DNA of 58,383 bases, filler included, from Porpidia crustulata (lineage: Eukaryota): NCBI GenBank assembly GCA_964255105.1. It is 3 parts of 3 records of this genome, joined end to end, with 100 filler letters (N's around TTAATTAATTAA, not from the genome) between each part and the next. Parts side by side here need not be neighbours in the genome. Positions count along the whole stretch, not along the records: positions 1 to 19,479 come from CAXUWE010000142.1; 2 more parts are not named here. One strand, written 5' to 3'. Shown here in pieces: positions 1 through 12,466 of this stretch. A model generated the notes under the pieces. It did no database searches and had not been told where the DNA came from. It was given only the letters and a program-made list of their open reading frames with translations. How positions within the stretch are numbered: the first letter of the stretch is position 1; each line of letters opens with the position of its first letter. The translations under genes were made by a program, and so were the position numbers.

Positions 1-486
1 CCACCACCACCGCACACCCCTTTTTCAAGCGCTCAATCCTTCTCAAATGATGTTTCCCAATCCTTAGCGATGCAAGCCGCGCGCAATGCATTTGGAAGTG
101 GACCAGCATCTCCAGCTGCACCACCACCACCACCCCCGCCTGCTCCTTCTCTTTTAGCGAAAGCGCCCCTGGCAAACTCAATCACGAGTGCAACACCCTC
201 ACTGCCTTCGTCGTCTAGACTAGGGACTCACCAGCCATTAAAATCGATGTTGGACGCCAGCGCATATACATTGCCAAACGGAAATGTGATGAACCATACC
301 ACAATCACTGGAAAAGACCTAGATTTTGCCAGTAGTAAGGTTGGAAGTGTCAAAATTGACGATACAAGATGGCGATTCCAAGACGAAACTCAATTACCCA
401 AGCCAAGAGATTTCGTTGGCGGGCCTAAGAAATACAGGGCAGGAAGAGGTAGTAGTGTGCCTCTCGATCTGTCCCCATATCGATGA
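1..486 (+). CDS. VRP1: Verprolin / WASP-interacting protein, 3' part (5' end outside window)
   Basis: Open frame from base 1 with poly-Pro tracts. The C-terminus RWRFQDETQLPKPRDFVGGPKKYRAGRGSSVPLDLS matches the conserved fungal verprolin C-terminal motif. Confidence 0.8.
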   Translation, partial: PPPPHTPFSSAQSFSNDVSQSLAMQAARNAFGSGPASPAAPPPPPPPAPSLLAKAPLANSITSATPSLPSSSRLGTHQPLKSMLDASAYTLPNGNVMNHTTITGKDLDFASSKVGSVKIDDTRWRFQDETQLPKPRDFVGGPKKYRAGRGSSVPLDLSPYR

Positions 487-933
487 ATATTTGTGCGTTT
501 GCGCTTCATGAAAACATTGTAAAGTAAGATCTATTATCAGGTATTCTCAACCCAACCGAACGGATAGGAAGCGAATACCAATGTTTTTTGCTTAATAATC
601 AAATGAGCTTCTTGTTTGAGCTTGTGGTTCCATTTCCACCTATATAATAGGGTAAATTGGCTGAATGCCTCGGCCATGATACGAACTTTCGCAGGTGATC
701 TGAATGCCGGGCAAACGCTATCATACATGACTGGAAAACTTCGATAATTGTATCCAGCTATTAATTTGTTTGAGCATCCATCTGTAGCATCAGACGTTGA
801 GTGCTCAATGCAAGAATCTGTTGATTGGTTGGTATTTCAATGACTTCCCTCTAGCATACTTAATGTAAACAGTACACATCACAGTGATTCCGTCAAGTGA
901 TCATTGAAACACTGTCATACCTTTGATTTCCGG

Positions 934-1395
934 TCAAAGGTGTACACCATCAACATCCTGCCCATCCTCGTCGACCTGTTCCCTCAATCTTCTCGCCAGC
1001 TCTTCGTCTCCTAATCTTCCTGTGGAGGCACGCGCAGCCTCTCTGCCCTCAGTCATCCGGATATCCTCTTCTTCGATCTTAACGTCATTATCTTCAGAGA
1101 TATTCAATCCCAGATCCTCGTCCTGATCCCATTTATTGCCCCTCCTCTCGACTTCTGCTCTTAGCAGAAGAACCCTCTCCTTCATTTTGCCAATGACCTC
1201 TCGGTTCTCTACTAAGGCTTCGGCACAATCTTGGTCTCCTTCGCTGGCAAGAATCCGTAATTCTTGATTCGAAGTTTCGAGATGCGCAATCGAATTGCGG
1301 ATTTCCGCCGCTTTGATATCCAGATTTGAGAGGGGGAGGTCAGTAATCGCTTCGGCAAAGCGATGAAGCGGGATAGGGGTGGAGGTGGAGGACAT
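934..1395 (-). CDS. TMA17: Tma17/Adc17-like protein (proteasome ATPase assembly chaperone / FAS-associated)
   Basis: Intronless 153 aa. PIPLHRFAEAITDLPLSNLDIKAAEIRNSIAHLETSNQEL...ENREVI aligns by eye with yeast Tma17 (PIQIEEFKTAI...EIENSINHLQRSNARL...ENEIVL). Confidence 0.7.
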   Translation of the reverse strand: MSSTSTPIPLHRFAEAITDLPLSNLDIKAAEIRNSIAHLETSNQELRILASEGDQDCAEALVENREVIGKMKERVLLLRAEVERRGNKWDQDEDLGLNISEDNDVKIEEEDIRMTEGREAARASTGRLGDEELARRLREQVDEDGQDVDGVHL

Positions 1396-1594
1396 CTGGA
1401 GTAGCGGAAATATTCAGGAGCATTACAATGCGAAGGTAATGGTTTGCTAAGTCGCTGTTTCCACGACAAAGGACGTTCGAAGCACCACTCACAGTATCAC
1501 CCACTCTTGCGGAACGTTTCCGCTTCGAAGCGCAACATTTAATATGCATCCACTACGACTAGAACGCCATAATTATCCTCTATTCCAGTGTGAG

Positions 1595-3205
1595 ATGAGC
1601 ATTGTATGGGCGGCGTCATGGCGACCGGTATGTTCGAGTGGTCGGGCCTATCTGCAACGGCCGACAGTGCTTTCGAGATCTGCCTTCACATTTCTGAGCG
1701 ATGCTAAACCGATAAGCCAGCGCATCAGTCCAATTGCAGGTATGACCACTGCAACTGACGATGTTCGGTCCACTCGCCCACAGTTTGAGCGTCACCTGCG
1801 GCAGCGAAATGGAGCCATAAAGCATGTTGCGATACTTCCGCGCCGGAAGTCTACTTTCTCAGTTACAGGTCATGGTGATGAACAAGCATCAAGACTCGGG
1901 GTAAAACCGCTTTCAGAAAGCAAGATTGCAAAGATTTTTGGTACTGGTGTGGGCTATAAGGAAGGTAATGCCGTTCTGCGCAATGTGCAACATCAACGCA
2001 TTACTGGTACATTGGATCATCCCCTCCCAGCGCAGGACTTGCTGAAAGGAAAAGCGCTGGCATGGCTTCGCAAGACTTACTTTATAGATGAAGAGGCTGC
2101 TATAGTCGCGCGAATAGACCAGGAGCTGGAGAAAGAGGACAAAGATTACGCCTCGACGACTAACAACTATAGTCATTCTGTCTTAGATGAAATCAAAGCA
2201 AGGAACTTAGCGAAGGCAGCGAGGGAAAGGGAAGTGAAGGAGAAGGCGGAGCAAGCGAGAGAGCATACAATTGGTCCGAAAAGCGTAACGAGTACTCCAA
2301 GGGCCGTTGTTGCACGACGACCAGAGTCTCCAGAGTGGGTCAGAAAATACAAGGAAAAGGCTACGTCAAAATTGACTGAACCACCAACCATGACTAAATT
2401 TGAACGTCTGTGGCCGTCAACCTTACTAGTCCTTGCAGTCGTTGGTTTCTCTGCTCTCTTTGCACAGAATTACCATCCTCCTTCTAGAAAAGCACGCCTT
2501 TGGCCCGATATTCCGCCCGTTGCAGCGACAATCATCACACTTATTGGCTTTAATGTGTTTATTTTCTTACTCTGGAGGCTACCTCAGGCGTGGTACATCC
2601 TCAATCGACGTTTTGCAATGACCCCGGGCTACCCCAGTAGCACCAGCATGATAGGCAACTTTTTCAGTCACCAGAAATTTTCGCATCTTGCGATGAACAT
2701 GGTTTTATTGTGGGTAATTGGAACTGGACTACATAACGACATTGGTCGTGGGAACTTCTTAGCCGTTTTCCTGACTTGCGGAGCGGTCTCTTCGTACATC
2801 TCACTATCCGTGTACGTTTTCCGGAACATACTGTACACATCGTCTATAGGTGCAAGCGGAGCAATTTGTGGCCTTTTGGCTACATGGCTTACGCTTGATC
2901 ATCATAAAGAAGTCTCCTTCCTCTTTCTACCAGATCATTTCATGCAAGGGTGGAGTCCCTACGTTGTCCTTGGCCTGATGATAGTTGGGGATATCCTTGG
3001 AGCTACAAAACGTTTGGCCCCCCCGGGCGTGGCCGCAGTAGACCACGTATCTCACCTGGGAGGTTATGTGGCAGGCTTGTGGTGTGCTCAGGCTTTCCGC
3101 TACCAGAGACGATTGCGGCAGCCGATAAGTGACGAGAAGAGAAACGACATAAAGTCCGCCGATGAAGGCAGTCAAAGCAGAATGAAGGCAGTCAAAGCAG
3201 AATGA
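1595..3205 (+). CDS. PCP1: Mitochondrial rhomboid intramembrane serine protease (Pcp1/PARL-like)
   Basis: Rhomboid motifs FSHQKFSHLAMNM, catalytic GASG and HVSHLGG, several TM helices, and an Arg/Ser-rich N-terminus. Start at ATG 1595 preferred; ATG 1544 is possible. Confidence 0.85.
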   Translation: MSIVWAASWRPVCSSGRAYLQRPTVLSRSAFTFLSDAKPISQRISPIAGMTTATDDVRSTRPQFERHLRQRNGAIKHVAILPRRKSTFSVTGHGDEQASRLGVKPLSESKIAKIFGTGVGYKEGNAVLRNVQHQRITGTLDHPLPAQDLLKGKALAWLRKTYFIDEEAAIVARIDQELEKEDKDYASTTNNYSHSVLDEIKARNLAKAAREREVKEKAEQAREHTIGPKSVTSTPRAVVARRPESPEWVRKYKEKATSKLTEPPTMTKFERLWPSTLLVLAVVGFSALFAQNYHPPSRKARLWPDIPPVAATIITLIGFNVFIFLLWRLPQAWYILNRRFAMTPGYPSSTSMIGNFFSHQKFSHLAMNMVLLWVIGTGLHNDIGRGNFLAVFLTCGAVSSYISLSVYVFRNILYTSSIGASGAICGLLATWLTLDHHKEVSFLFLPDHFMQGWSPYVVLGLMIVGDILGATKRLAPPGVAAVDHVSHLGGYVAGLWCAQAFRYQRRLRQPISDEKRNDIKSADEGSQSRMKAVKAE

Positions 3206-3245
3206 AGGCAGTCAAAGCAGAATGAAGGCAGTCAAAGCAGAATGA
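3162..3245 (+). repeat. 20-bp tandem repeat (ATGAAGGCAGTCAAAGCAGA) x4.2 overlapping the rhomboid stop codon
   Basis: Perfect copies start at 3162, 3182, 3202 and 3222, with a partial copy at 3242. Confidence 0.95.
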
Positions 3246-4237
3246 CTCGATATTTGATCATGAGGATTCTCTGGGATAGGAATTTACTCCGTAGGACCGA
3301 GTTCAAGTCATTTAGTAGACTTATCACCCACAAGCCCCCGCTGTATTCAAGGGCGCCAGAAGCGAAAGATCTCTTGGGCTAGCCTGCATGTCAAATGAAC
3401 GATACTTTTTGAAGGACGTGGTTGTACACAATCTTTTAAGAGCAAGATGGTCTCCACACTCTCAGCCCGTGATTCTTCGACTGCCATAATCGCGCGAAGC
3501 ACGTACCAATGAAAGCGTTGTATCAAGCCAAGAGCTCTCCTGACAATTTTGCAATCGAAAGCGCACGAAGGAAATAGCATGGCTGTAGATACGGTCTGGT
3601 TTAGAGCCAGCTCCATGCTTCATTGTGGGAGTGCCAGCGCAGAATGTGACATAAGGGAACTCTGCAGATAAGGGATTTGGTATTGATAGAGATGTTTACT
3701 GAGTTGAAGCACGATATTCAAAGGAGCTTTGGTGCCGACTTCTGGGCGATTCATTGTATAAATAATGACCATGTGAATTCCCCACACTATAACTTTGTAG
3801 ACCGTTTCTGTCGACGAGTTTGGATTGTACATACTGCATGTAGCTCTGCTTTCGACCACCTAGTCCATGGTGCTTGATGTAATGACTCTACAAAAACGCC
3901 AATAGAGTGCTTTATTCAACTCACAACAATTCTGGAAGAAGCAACCCTTGAAGTAACACCCTGAGGTCTATGACCTTCGAGGTTAAGATATTTGACTTCC
4001 CCAGATGTATCCGGGCCACGTGTAAAGTAATGACGATATGTGAAGCTTTTAGATAAGGATCTCACATCCTATATGACTTACTGTCAATTAATTAGACGTA
4101 AACAGATACCTCAAGACCTGATATGGAGAATCAAAGACTCCACGATAGTCCCGCTATGCTATGCAACAGAGGTGGATCACAGACTTGCCAGACTAGCTGC
4201 GCAAGGTTCTTCGCTTTCGAAATCCCTGTCGACAACC

Positions 4238-5389
4238 TCACTGAGGTAGCATGATTGTACAGGCCCCGCTCGCCGCATCCGCCGGAATACTCCCATTGGC
4301 AATCCAGATATCAATAAGAGGCTGCATAGGCTCCAAATCCTTGTCACTCAAAAGACCAAACAGTTTGGCAACAGAGACATAATGCACAAAACAGCTATTT
4401 AAGTCCGTCCATCCATTTCCGTTACTTCCGCTGGTGATGTGCCAGAATGGATCGACCCAGTGCGAATGATACATATGTCCATAGAGACGGAATATCTGGC
4501 GGAAAATGGTCTTCACGTCACCAAAGAATGTCTCAGGGAAGCCGCCTTTCTTGCCTACCCAGTCATGGCCAGCAAGCTGGGAGATTGGAGTGGTGAGGTG
4601 AGTAGGCCCCATGGGTATTGGGGTAGTGGAGCCAGGGGTACTGAGGCCGCCGGAGGGGTAGGCTGACGCATTGGTTGATGGGATGGAGGAGTCGGTGGGA
4701 AAGGCTTTAGGGTCGTGAATCTTACCGACAATCCAACGCTGGACGAGGGAGATGTATTGCGAGGCGGGAACTTTGATGGGGATCTTATCGTTGTTCAGCC
4801 AGGTGTACGTATGACTACTCGAAGGGGATTAGTACAAGGGGTCAAGGAAATTCTGAGCCTCGGTGATTTACCGGCCAGCGGACATGACTGGGCATGTCTT
4901 GGGGTTGCAAATGGGAAGTCCAGTATTAGTGTCTACCTCCTGAATGCATTGGAGCAATGACTCAACGAGCCGATATTGCTCAACGCCTACCGAGAATAAG
5001 TATCAGGAGGAGACTTTGGTCTAATATAGTACTTGGTTACCTTGGTGTGCAAGCCATTCTCCGAGGTCTACATTCTTCGGCTGTGCCGCTAAGGGCATGA
5101 AGTTCCCCCTTACTCCCAAACGTGCATATTTCTCGCGGAAAAAGAATTTAGTGGGCTCGGGTTCAATCTGGTCTGCGCTGCTTGGGCTATTGTCCGTATT
5201 GGAGCCTAGAGTTGAGGAGAAGGACGCCGAGGTTTTTAAGGGTGGCATAGATGGTGCATAAGCTGTTGGCGAAGAGTTCTGGGAGCCATTGCCCTTCTGT
5301 TGCTGGTTGGTACCGCTGCCATTGACATTTGGCTTACTTGCTTGGCGATTAAAGCCTTGGCGGCTAGAATGATATGTAACGTCAGTCAT
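4238..5389 (-). CDS. MOB2: Mob1/phocein family kinase activator (Mob2-like), multi-exon; true start uncertain (upstream of 5389)
   Basis: Spliced translation: NFMPLAAQPKNVDLGEWLAHQ / CNPKTCPVMSAG / YTWLNNDKIPIKVPASQYISLVQRWI / FRQIFRLYGHMYHSHW / LNSCFVHY...LLSDKDLEPMQPLI. Introns near 4988-5040 and 4817-4873. Confidence 0.8.
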
Positions 5390-6251
5390 GGACTTTCTTT
5401 ATCTGATCTCTGTGGTGGACCTGCTCAGATAAATTTGAAGCAATGATCCGGTATAAACGGAATAGAAAGCGAAAACTGTATGGAGAAGCTAAGAAGTAAA
5501 TAAACAGTATACCGCCTGAAGCCATAAGATATTAGGGATAGGGAGAAAAGGAAAGAAAATGTGCAATCCTGGACTACTCTCGCCCCAAGTGCTCAATGGC
5601 GAGAGCGTCATATGGATGAGACAGACTCGGCCGGGCAGCTCCTAACAAACGCCTAAGAGGCGACTAGGTAATTAACCTGTTTGTTTCAAGCACAAACTTG
5701 GCCTTTTGGAGAATGCGGTAGTGAAGGTACGCCGGGAGCGGGTTCTGTCCAGTGTTGCGTTGTGATCTTGGCACCTGCAGCTGGAGTGTTCTGTATAAGT
5801 ATAAAGAAATAAGTGAACAGTAGTAGTTGGATAATTTAGCACTTTCCACGAGCTGTGATGTCAGTCGAGCTTAAGAAGAAACACAATTGGACGCGTTGAG
5901 GAACGCTATACGTATTTGCACCAAGATCGTTGATGAAACGTGCGATAAAACGGAGATTTTATTACTGCGGTATGAACTTACACACTCTGAAAGAACGTCG
6001 CCATACTTATTCCTGGTCAGAAGTCTTTCTTACTCAAAAGTTGAGGCAGTTGAACTTGATATTAGTGTTCACAATAAGAGGTTAACTGAAAGAAGATTTT
6101 GATACTGGTACTGATACTGTAATATACAGGTAGCGCAAGAAACCAGGAAAATAGTATTCCCGAGCGCCGACGCCCTACAAGGTGCACTCATACCTCACAT
6201 ACCAATCACTACACCACATAACGTTGGAGGCCCGCATCTGCAGAAGAAAGC

Positions 6252-7831
6252 ATGGACAATCATCATGTCGTTGATGACGTCCCTAGCATTGGGCCTAAGA
6301 TCGCAGACTATCATCCTCAAACCGATCACGGCGAAGCGACAGCTATGACTTCAGATGCATCCGAGGGCGATGTTGCTGGTGGGCTCTTTGGCTCTGAATC
6401 GGAAGCTGACGATGACAGGTTTGTGACCAACCTATACTACAACACAGGTGAACATGCTGATGTGTCTTCCATTAGTCAAGAGGGTAGTCGGAAGCCCCGT
6501 AAGCTCGATAACGAAGAGCAAGATGCCAGTGATGACCAGGACAAATCCGATCTTGTCGAAGGTGACGATGGCGAGGATGGTATGGAAGAGAGAGCCGAGA
6601 CCGTCCTGGATGTCAAATTAGGTCGGCATGCTGTTCCCCGACCAAGTGATGGCGAGGTCAGTAGGCCCCCTTATTGCCTCGAGATTTATGTAGAACTTGC
6701 TACTGATCCTTGTAACAGGTATATCTTTTCCAATGTCCAGACTTTCTAGGTGTTGAACCTAAAGCTTTTGATCCAAAGAGCTTCCAACCTCCTACCACTG
6801 ACCACCACTCTATGACTAACCCTTCTTCAACCTTCTCATCGTACTACACCTCTAACAATACGATGCGATGGAGAAATTCGCCCAATACCCCCACGAGTAT
6901 TCAGTCAAATGCACGTGTGCTAAAATGGTCTGATAATTCATTCACACTTCAGCTTGGATCGAATCCCAGAGAACAATTTGAGTTGACTACCAAATCACTC
7001 GCTCCGAGTCAGACCAATCCATATAGGCAAAACGCCAGTATTGCTAAGCGAGGTCACTTCGCGAACGGCACACCATCTTACGATTCTCGTCTCGACTCAC
7101 ATACCTATCTTGCTGCTCCTCATGAATCAGCCGGGCTTATCCGCATTACGAATCAAATTACTTCATCATTGGGGGTGCAAACATCTACGGACCAAGATGA
7201 CGACGCGTTGGTGCGACTTCAGGAATCCCTAGCTGCTGCAATTAAGGGTAACAAGACTGCTCCAGACGGCGGGTTAGCTATCATCAGTGTCTCAGAAGAC
7301 CCCGAATTAGCGAAGAAGAAGGCAGAAGTTGCTGAGAAGGAGAAAGTGCGTGCACAGCGACGCCGTCAGGTTCAAGAGGAACGAGAACGAGACCGTGCAA
7401 ATCGTGTGCTAGGCCGCTCCGGACTTCGTATGAGCGGACTTTCGTCAGGCTTAACAATTGGTGGACTTGAAGATGATGACGGTATGGGTGTCGCAAGAGC
7501 ACGAACCAGTAAGCCAAAACGAAAGCCGAGACGTCGCAACAGCGAATATAGTGACGAAGAGGAGGACTTTCGTGGCCGCGGACGTACCCGGGAAGATGAA
7601 TATGACGAAGACGACGGGTTTCTTGTGGGCAGTGACGAGGAGCCTGAGATCGTACCTGACGAGAGCGAGGAGGAAGTCGAAACAGCTGACGATGCAGAAG
7701 AAGAAGAGGAGGGGTCGAGGAAGCCTATATCTACCAAGAGAGCGACGGCACAATTGGCAGGTGAGGAGGGTGCAATTGGAAGTAGGACGAAGAAGAGACG
7801 TGTAGTTGAAGAGGATGAAGATGAGGATTGA
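6252..7831 (+). CDS. LEO1: Leo1 subunit of the Paf1 complex (3 exons)
   Basis: Acidic N-terminus, then PDFLGVEPKAFDP, NTMRWR, SNARVLKWSDNSFTLQLGS and a C-terminal EDEYDEDDGFLV. Introns at about 6419-6475 and 6657-6718. Confidence 0.9.
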
Positions 7832-9948
7832 TCAGCTGCTCGGCTGGTAATAGAGACTTCTACTAGATTCTTGGCTGAGTCTCCCTTCGATGGATTCAGG
7901 CCTGTATCTCGAGTCATACAAAGGCAAAAAAGGCTCCTTGTGCAACCACTATTCGAACCAAGGCACGGATACTAGCTCGCGTCTTTAGTCTTCGCCTCAT
8001 GTAACACCTATACAGCCCTGGTATCTCTTGCTCCATCACTTTCTACCTGATCTAATGTTGTCCCGCATGATCTCAAGATCACCAGGGGATATAAAAAGCA
8101 AGCGAACAACTACCAAGAGGCCAGACCGAGCAATAGTTTGATTGACAGCATAAGCATGATTAATTATAACGATCAGCTACATGCTTCTAGTTGCTCGTGC
8201 CGAGCCTAAATATTAGGTCAGGATGGACCAAATTGGGTTTACTGACTTCCTGCCACTCCCTCTGGCAAGGAGGTAAGATCTCTAGGGGTCAATCTCAACG
8301 CGTGGTCGCAAATAAATAACGTTAACGATACATGATGAAGATCCTATGAAGTTTACAATGTCTATAAGGTACTGCCTAGCCCTCGGTGCTCATGTGATTT
8401 GCGAACCAGGAAAAATTGCGTGCTGGAGGGGATAAAGATAGTCAAGCATGCGGTTTCGATCGGAAAGCCAAAGGAGCTTCGGAGGCTCATGAGTTTACCA
8501 TGAATATATAAAGAAATCGATTGACAATTGATGTTCCAGCAAAGTCCCAGGATTGCAGGTTGTTAACCGAGAGTATGAGAGGATCCACAGCACTGCAAGT
8601 AATGGTACTTGCAATGGCATCTCACATGTCATTTCGCTTTTTGCAAGACTAGTTATGGGCAATATCGCGCGTAAGATGTTTAGTCTAGCAATGCCAGCGC
8701 ATAGCCCTGTAACACAAAGCACTACGCAGCTCGGGGTGTCATATTAGTTTTGAGAAGTGCTCATGCAGCCTCGTTTGCCTGATGAGCAGAAGACTACGTT
8801 AATATGGCGTAAGTCTTCACTACTTGAGCTTTGCGTTCTCTTTCCACACACATATACGTCCAATAATTTTTTAACATCCTCAGGATTCTACTCATATTGT
8901 ACTAGTTCATTAGATGCAATGTGTTATGCTTGCCAAGCCATACAAGAAAACTTCCTTTAGTCCATTTAAGCGTTCGTATATTAAGTAGCCCAGATGAATG
9001 TCCTTTGCTCTGCTCGATCATCTAGCATATGCGAAAGATCAATTGAAGCTTGCGCTATGGAGAAGAGAACCAGTGCCGTGGAGTAAAAAATTCAGGTCTC
9101 ATATAAAAAGGATCAAGAACCACAACATTGCAGTGCCGAACAGCAGAGGCTTGCAGAATTATCATCTGAGAAATCAAAGCGCAAGCTAATATGGCACAAA
9201 GGTTACTTAATTTTGTCATCCTTCCTGGCTATTTCAATGGCCAGACTCTCAGGCGGCGACCCCTAGAGTATGTTGACCGTTCTTTGTCTTGCTAGACAGC
9301 ACGCTTCTCTCTACATTTATTTACTTCAAAACCCCTGCATATCTTTCGAGGTCCTCTCCTACTATAGGTGAAGTGCACCTTAACTCATCTATGTCATGCA
9401 GATGAGCCCAATAATATAGGTCTCACACATGTACTATTTGTAAGCCTTATGCAATAACGATTCGAGTGGCGGTTTCCCATCTTATTTTGTACCATCTGGT
9501 GAGCTGGGCGGTCTCTCCTTTCAACTCTCCCTCCACAACCCTCACAGCCTCAAGTCATATGTTGCCACTGCATCTCAGACTGAAAATAGCATGAATCACT
9601 TACGCATTTACTACGACCTCAGCATTATAAATCCACCACGGCCCGCCTTGACGAAAATACTGAGGTGCAAGTTGGTCAGGCTACTATTGTAATCATGTGA
9701 ATGCAATTTTACAAATGTGTGGAAATCGAAGAGTGGAGAACGTAGTATTGAGGATTTTCTATATTGGGAAGTGAGCTACTACGTGTACGTACAACGTGAT
9801 GATCCACAGTCAAATGCCTCCCTCCCTGTAATCCTGCCATTTCCAGCTTTGTCATCTTCCCATCATCTCCTGTCAAATTTCTCTACATCTCTTAGAGTCG
9901 CCCATCTACCAACGCAACGCCTCCAATTTAAGGCAGCTTCAATAAATC

Positions 9949-10621
9949 ATGAAGTTATTTCCAACTCTCTTCATGGCCGCCATCCTCCCGATTACCCTCG
10001 CGAGTGCGCCGTTCTCCATCATTGCCGCTCGTTAAGCAAGTCCTATCCATCTCCAACCAGTCGAGGATTCCGGTCAATCATTCTGGATCGGCAAGGGCAC
10101 CTCTTCCTATTGTCCGACTTCGATTAATCCCAATTGCCCGCCAGGCAACCAGACCGTGCTTGTGGTTGGCGGTGATAGTGGGGGATGTAGTATGGTGAGC
10201 GATTCTGCGGCTGCTTTTGAAAATTGTTGAGATTCGAGAGTATGCGAGAAACTTGAATAACTGGACAACGTATACATAGGACGCTGAGGTGCCTGGAGGC
10301 CAACGTGTCTACGTAACCGGCACCGGCCGTCTCGGGTTTACCCAAGCCCACTCCTCCATCATCCCATCTGGTGCTTATCTTTTTCCCTTCACCCTTGAAC
10401 CAGGCGCCTCCTTCGGCATATATGGCTTCTCAGGCTTGGGGGCCACCGGATTTTTGGCTTGTCCTGTGAAAAATGGAACGGCACCTTGGCAGATTTTTGC
10501 AAATGTGAAGGGGCTCAAGGATGGAGATGTGCCAGGAAAATGTTTGAGGGACTGTTTGGGTTTTGATGCTTTGGCACCCAAGTATACAGGTAGTGGGCCT
10601 GCGGCGTGGCAGTATGTGTGA
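9949..10621 (+). pseudogene. Secreted cell-wall / 'IgE-binding protein'-like gene with in-frame TAA at codon 29
   Basis: Signal peptide MKLFPTLFMAAILPITLA, then FSIIAAR*ASPIHLQPVEDSGQSFWIGKGTSSYCP..CPPGNQT. Intron 10195-10279. Exon 2 reads VPGGQRVYV..GRLGFTQAHS..FLACP..CLGFDALA..AAWQY. Confidence 0.7.
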
Positions 10622-11551
10622 AGGCTGGATCTAGCAGAAGATTTGTGAATCGCGCTGGTTGAAGAAGATTAAAGGAAGTTGAGGGTATGCTGAGACAGAT
10701 CTCGGCATGTGCGTCGTACTGGATGCTATGACATTAGAGTTGGAGCTTTAGCAATCAAATACAGAGCATACTAATTACTTGAACTGGTATATGAAAGTAT
10801 AACACATAACACCCTGAAACCAAATTGGTACACGAAATCCCTATAGCATAATCTCGATGTCCCAAGTGAAAACCCTGCCAACAAAATTTGCAGTAACAGT
10901 AACCAGGAGCGCCTACAAGTCGTACACAGAACCACCAGGTAGATATCAATCCACAAAAACTCCCCACACAGACCTCTTCGATTTACTGCTCCTGCAAAAG
11001 GAGCCCAAACCTTCCATGAGCAGCACCACACGTCGTACCACCACTCGCAGTACCCAGCCTGGTGTTTGTTCCCTCAACAAATATGTAGCACCAATTCCAC
11101 AGCCCCTTTCCCACCTACCGGAAACGCCAAGGACCTGAGAAGGAAAGAACCAGTGCGCATCGATCAAGGGAGCCGGGAACGGAAGCCCACCCACGTGAGA
11201 ATCTTCCGGAAGGAAGACTCATCAGGGTAGCCCTCAGCAAGCCGCCGAGGCGGAGCTCCCATGTTTTTTGTAGATTTAGTATTACTACTGATGATGAGGA
11301 AGAAAGGGTAGAGGTGGGCGGGTGAAAGTTTATATTAGAGATACGTAGGGCTTAGTGGGGGAGTCTAGCGGTTGGCTGGGGCAGGGATGGTTAATTGTCC
11401 TATCCACCACCCACCTACCCTCTCACTCTCTGTGCCTCTGCCGAGGGTGCATGGAAGAGGAGCTCGTTCATGCACAATAAACATGAAATGCGAGTGGGGG
11501 CATTTTCAATGATTTCAGAAGTAGATGCTACCTCGCCAATTTCGCCAACGT

Positions 11552-12325
11552 CTAGTATAGCCGCTTTGGCGGCGACATTGATGCCTTGATCGTTAAACTT
11601 CCCACATTCTGCCATGCCTTCTTCAATAAACTAACCAAGTAGTTGATAGCCAACATGATGTTCGAGATGAGCTCGTCCTCCGACATGCCCACATTCCCAA
11701 CGGCGACTCCCAAGCACAGCACCTTCTTCAATTGGAACTTGATTGTCGATTTGACTTCGGTGATCTTGGCGGCTAAATCTTCATTATGGGAGATGGGTGT
11801 TGGGAATTTGCCAGCTGTAGAGTACTTAGTAAGAATTGTGAGATCAAGGGGCTAGATACCAACCCTTTGACAATCCCGGACCCAAGAGGCGGGGAATCTG
11901 CTTGATGAGTGTATCCGAAGCTACAAAAGCATCATACTTTCTCGCCAGCTTCTTGATCAGCTTCTTGTTCTTGTTCAGTTTCTTTAGATCATCTGAGCTC
12001 ATGGCATCCACCCCGTGGTGCTTAGCCCTATCAATATCATGCTGGTCTCCAAGAACACAGATGCTCATGCCAGGACGAGGGACAGTGGGTAGCTTAATGG
12101 TGCCGGAGAAACGCTTGTCTCGCTGAGGGTCATAGTTCTTGAGGCCGATTTGGAGCTCGACGGTTTCGAGAAAGTTGCGTTTCTTCTCGTTCAGTGAATA
12201 CTCGAGGAGGGATTGCACGTTGGTGCGCACTCCGGCTGTAGCGGTTTTGGGTTAGCTGAATTCTTGGGAATCGAGAGGTAGGTCGCAACAGCGTGCGGCT
12301 TACCGACTGTGATTTTGGACGCCAT
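11552..12325 (-). CDS. RPL1: 60S ribosomal protein L1 (uL1/L10a), 3 exons
   Basis: MASKITV / [32 protein letters not shown]...LGPGLSK / AGKFPTP...[17 protein letters not shown]...[20 protein letters not shown]. Confidence 0.97.
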
Positions 12326-12458
12326 GGAGACAGTCTTCCAGAAGAGGTTTCAAGTCTTATGGTGGGGAGTTGCGCGTGCTGTGTAGTGTACGAGGTTTCG
12401 TAACTGAAAGTTCGCTTGTATTGGGATAATTGTGTGGCGAGCGGTTCTACGCTAGTCG

Positions 12459-12466
12459 AGCCCTAA
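12459..12466 (-). promoter_or_regulatory. Candidate Tbf1-type ribosomal-protein promoter element (TTAGGGCT)
   Basis: AGCCCTAA lies about 135 bp upstream of the RPL1 ATG. TTAGGGCT-type Tbf1 sites are known at ribosomal-protein promoters in Candida albicans; extension to this species is inference. Confidence 0.45.

Noticed and set aside
3162..3245. Direct repeats as a CRISPR-like array
   Set aside because: There are no spacers; it is a head-to-tail minisatellite in a eukaryotic gene.
7372..7917. 181-aa Ser-rich antisense ORF
   Set aside because: It is the antisense shadow of the Asp/Glu-rich Leo1 C-terminus.
11195..11230. Minus-strand CTGATGAG + hairpin resembling a hammerhead ribozyme core
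   Set aside because: The required GAAA after stem II is absent (it reads TCTCACG) and stems I and III cannot be formed.
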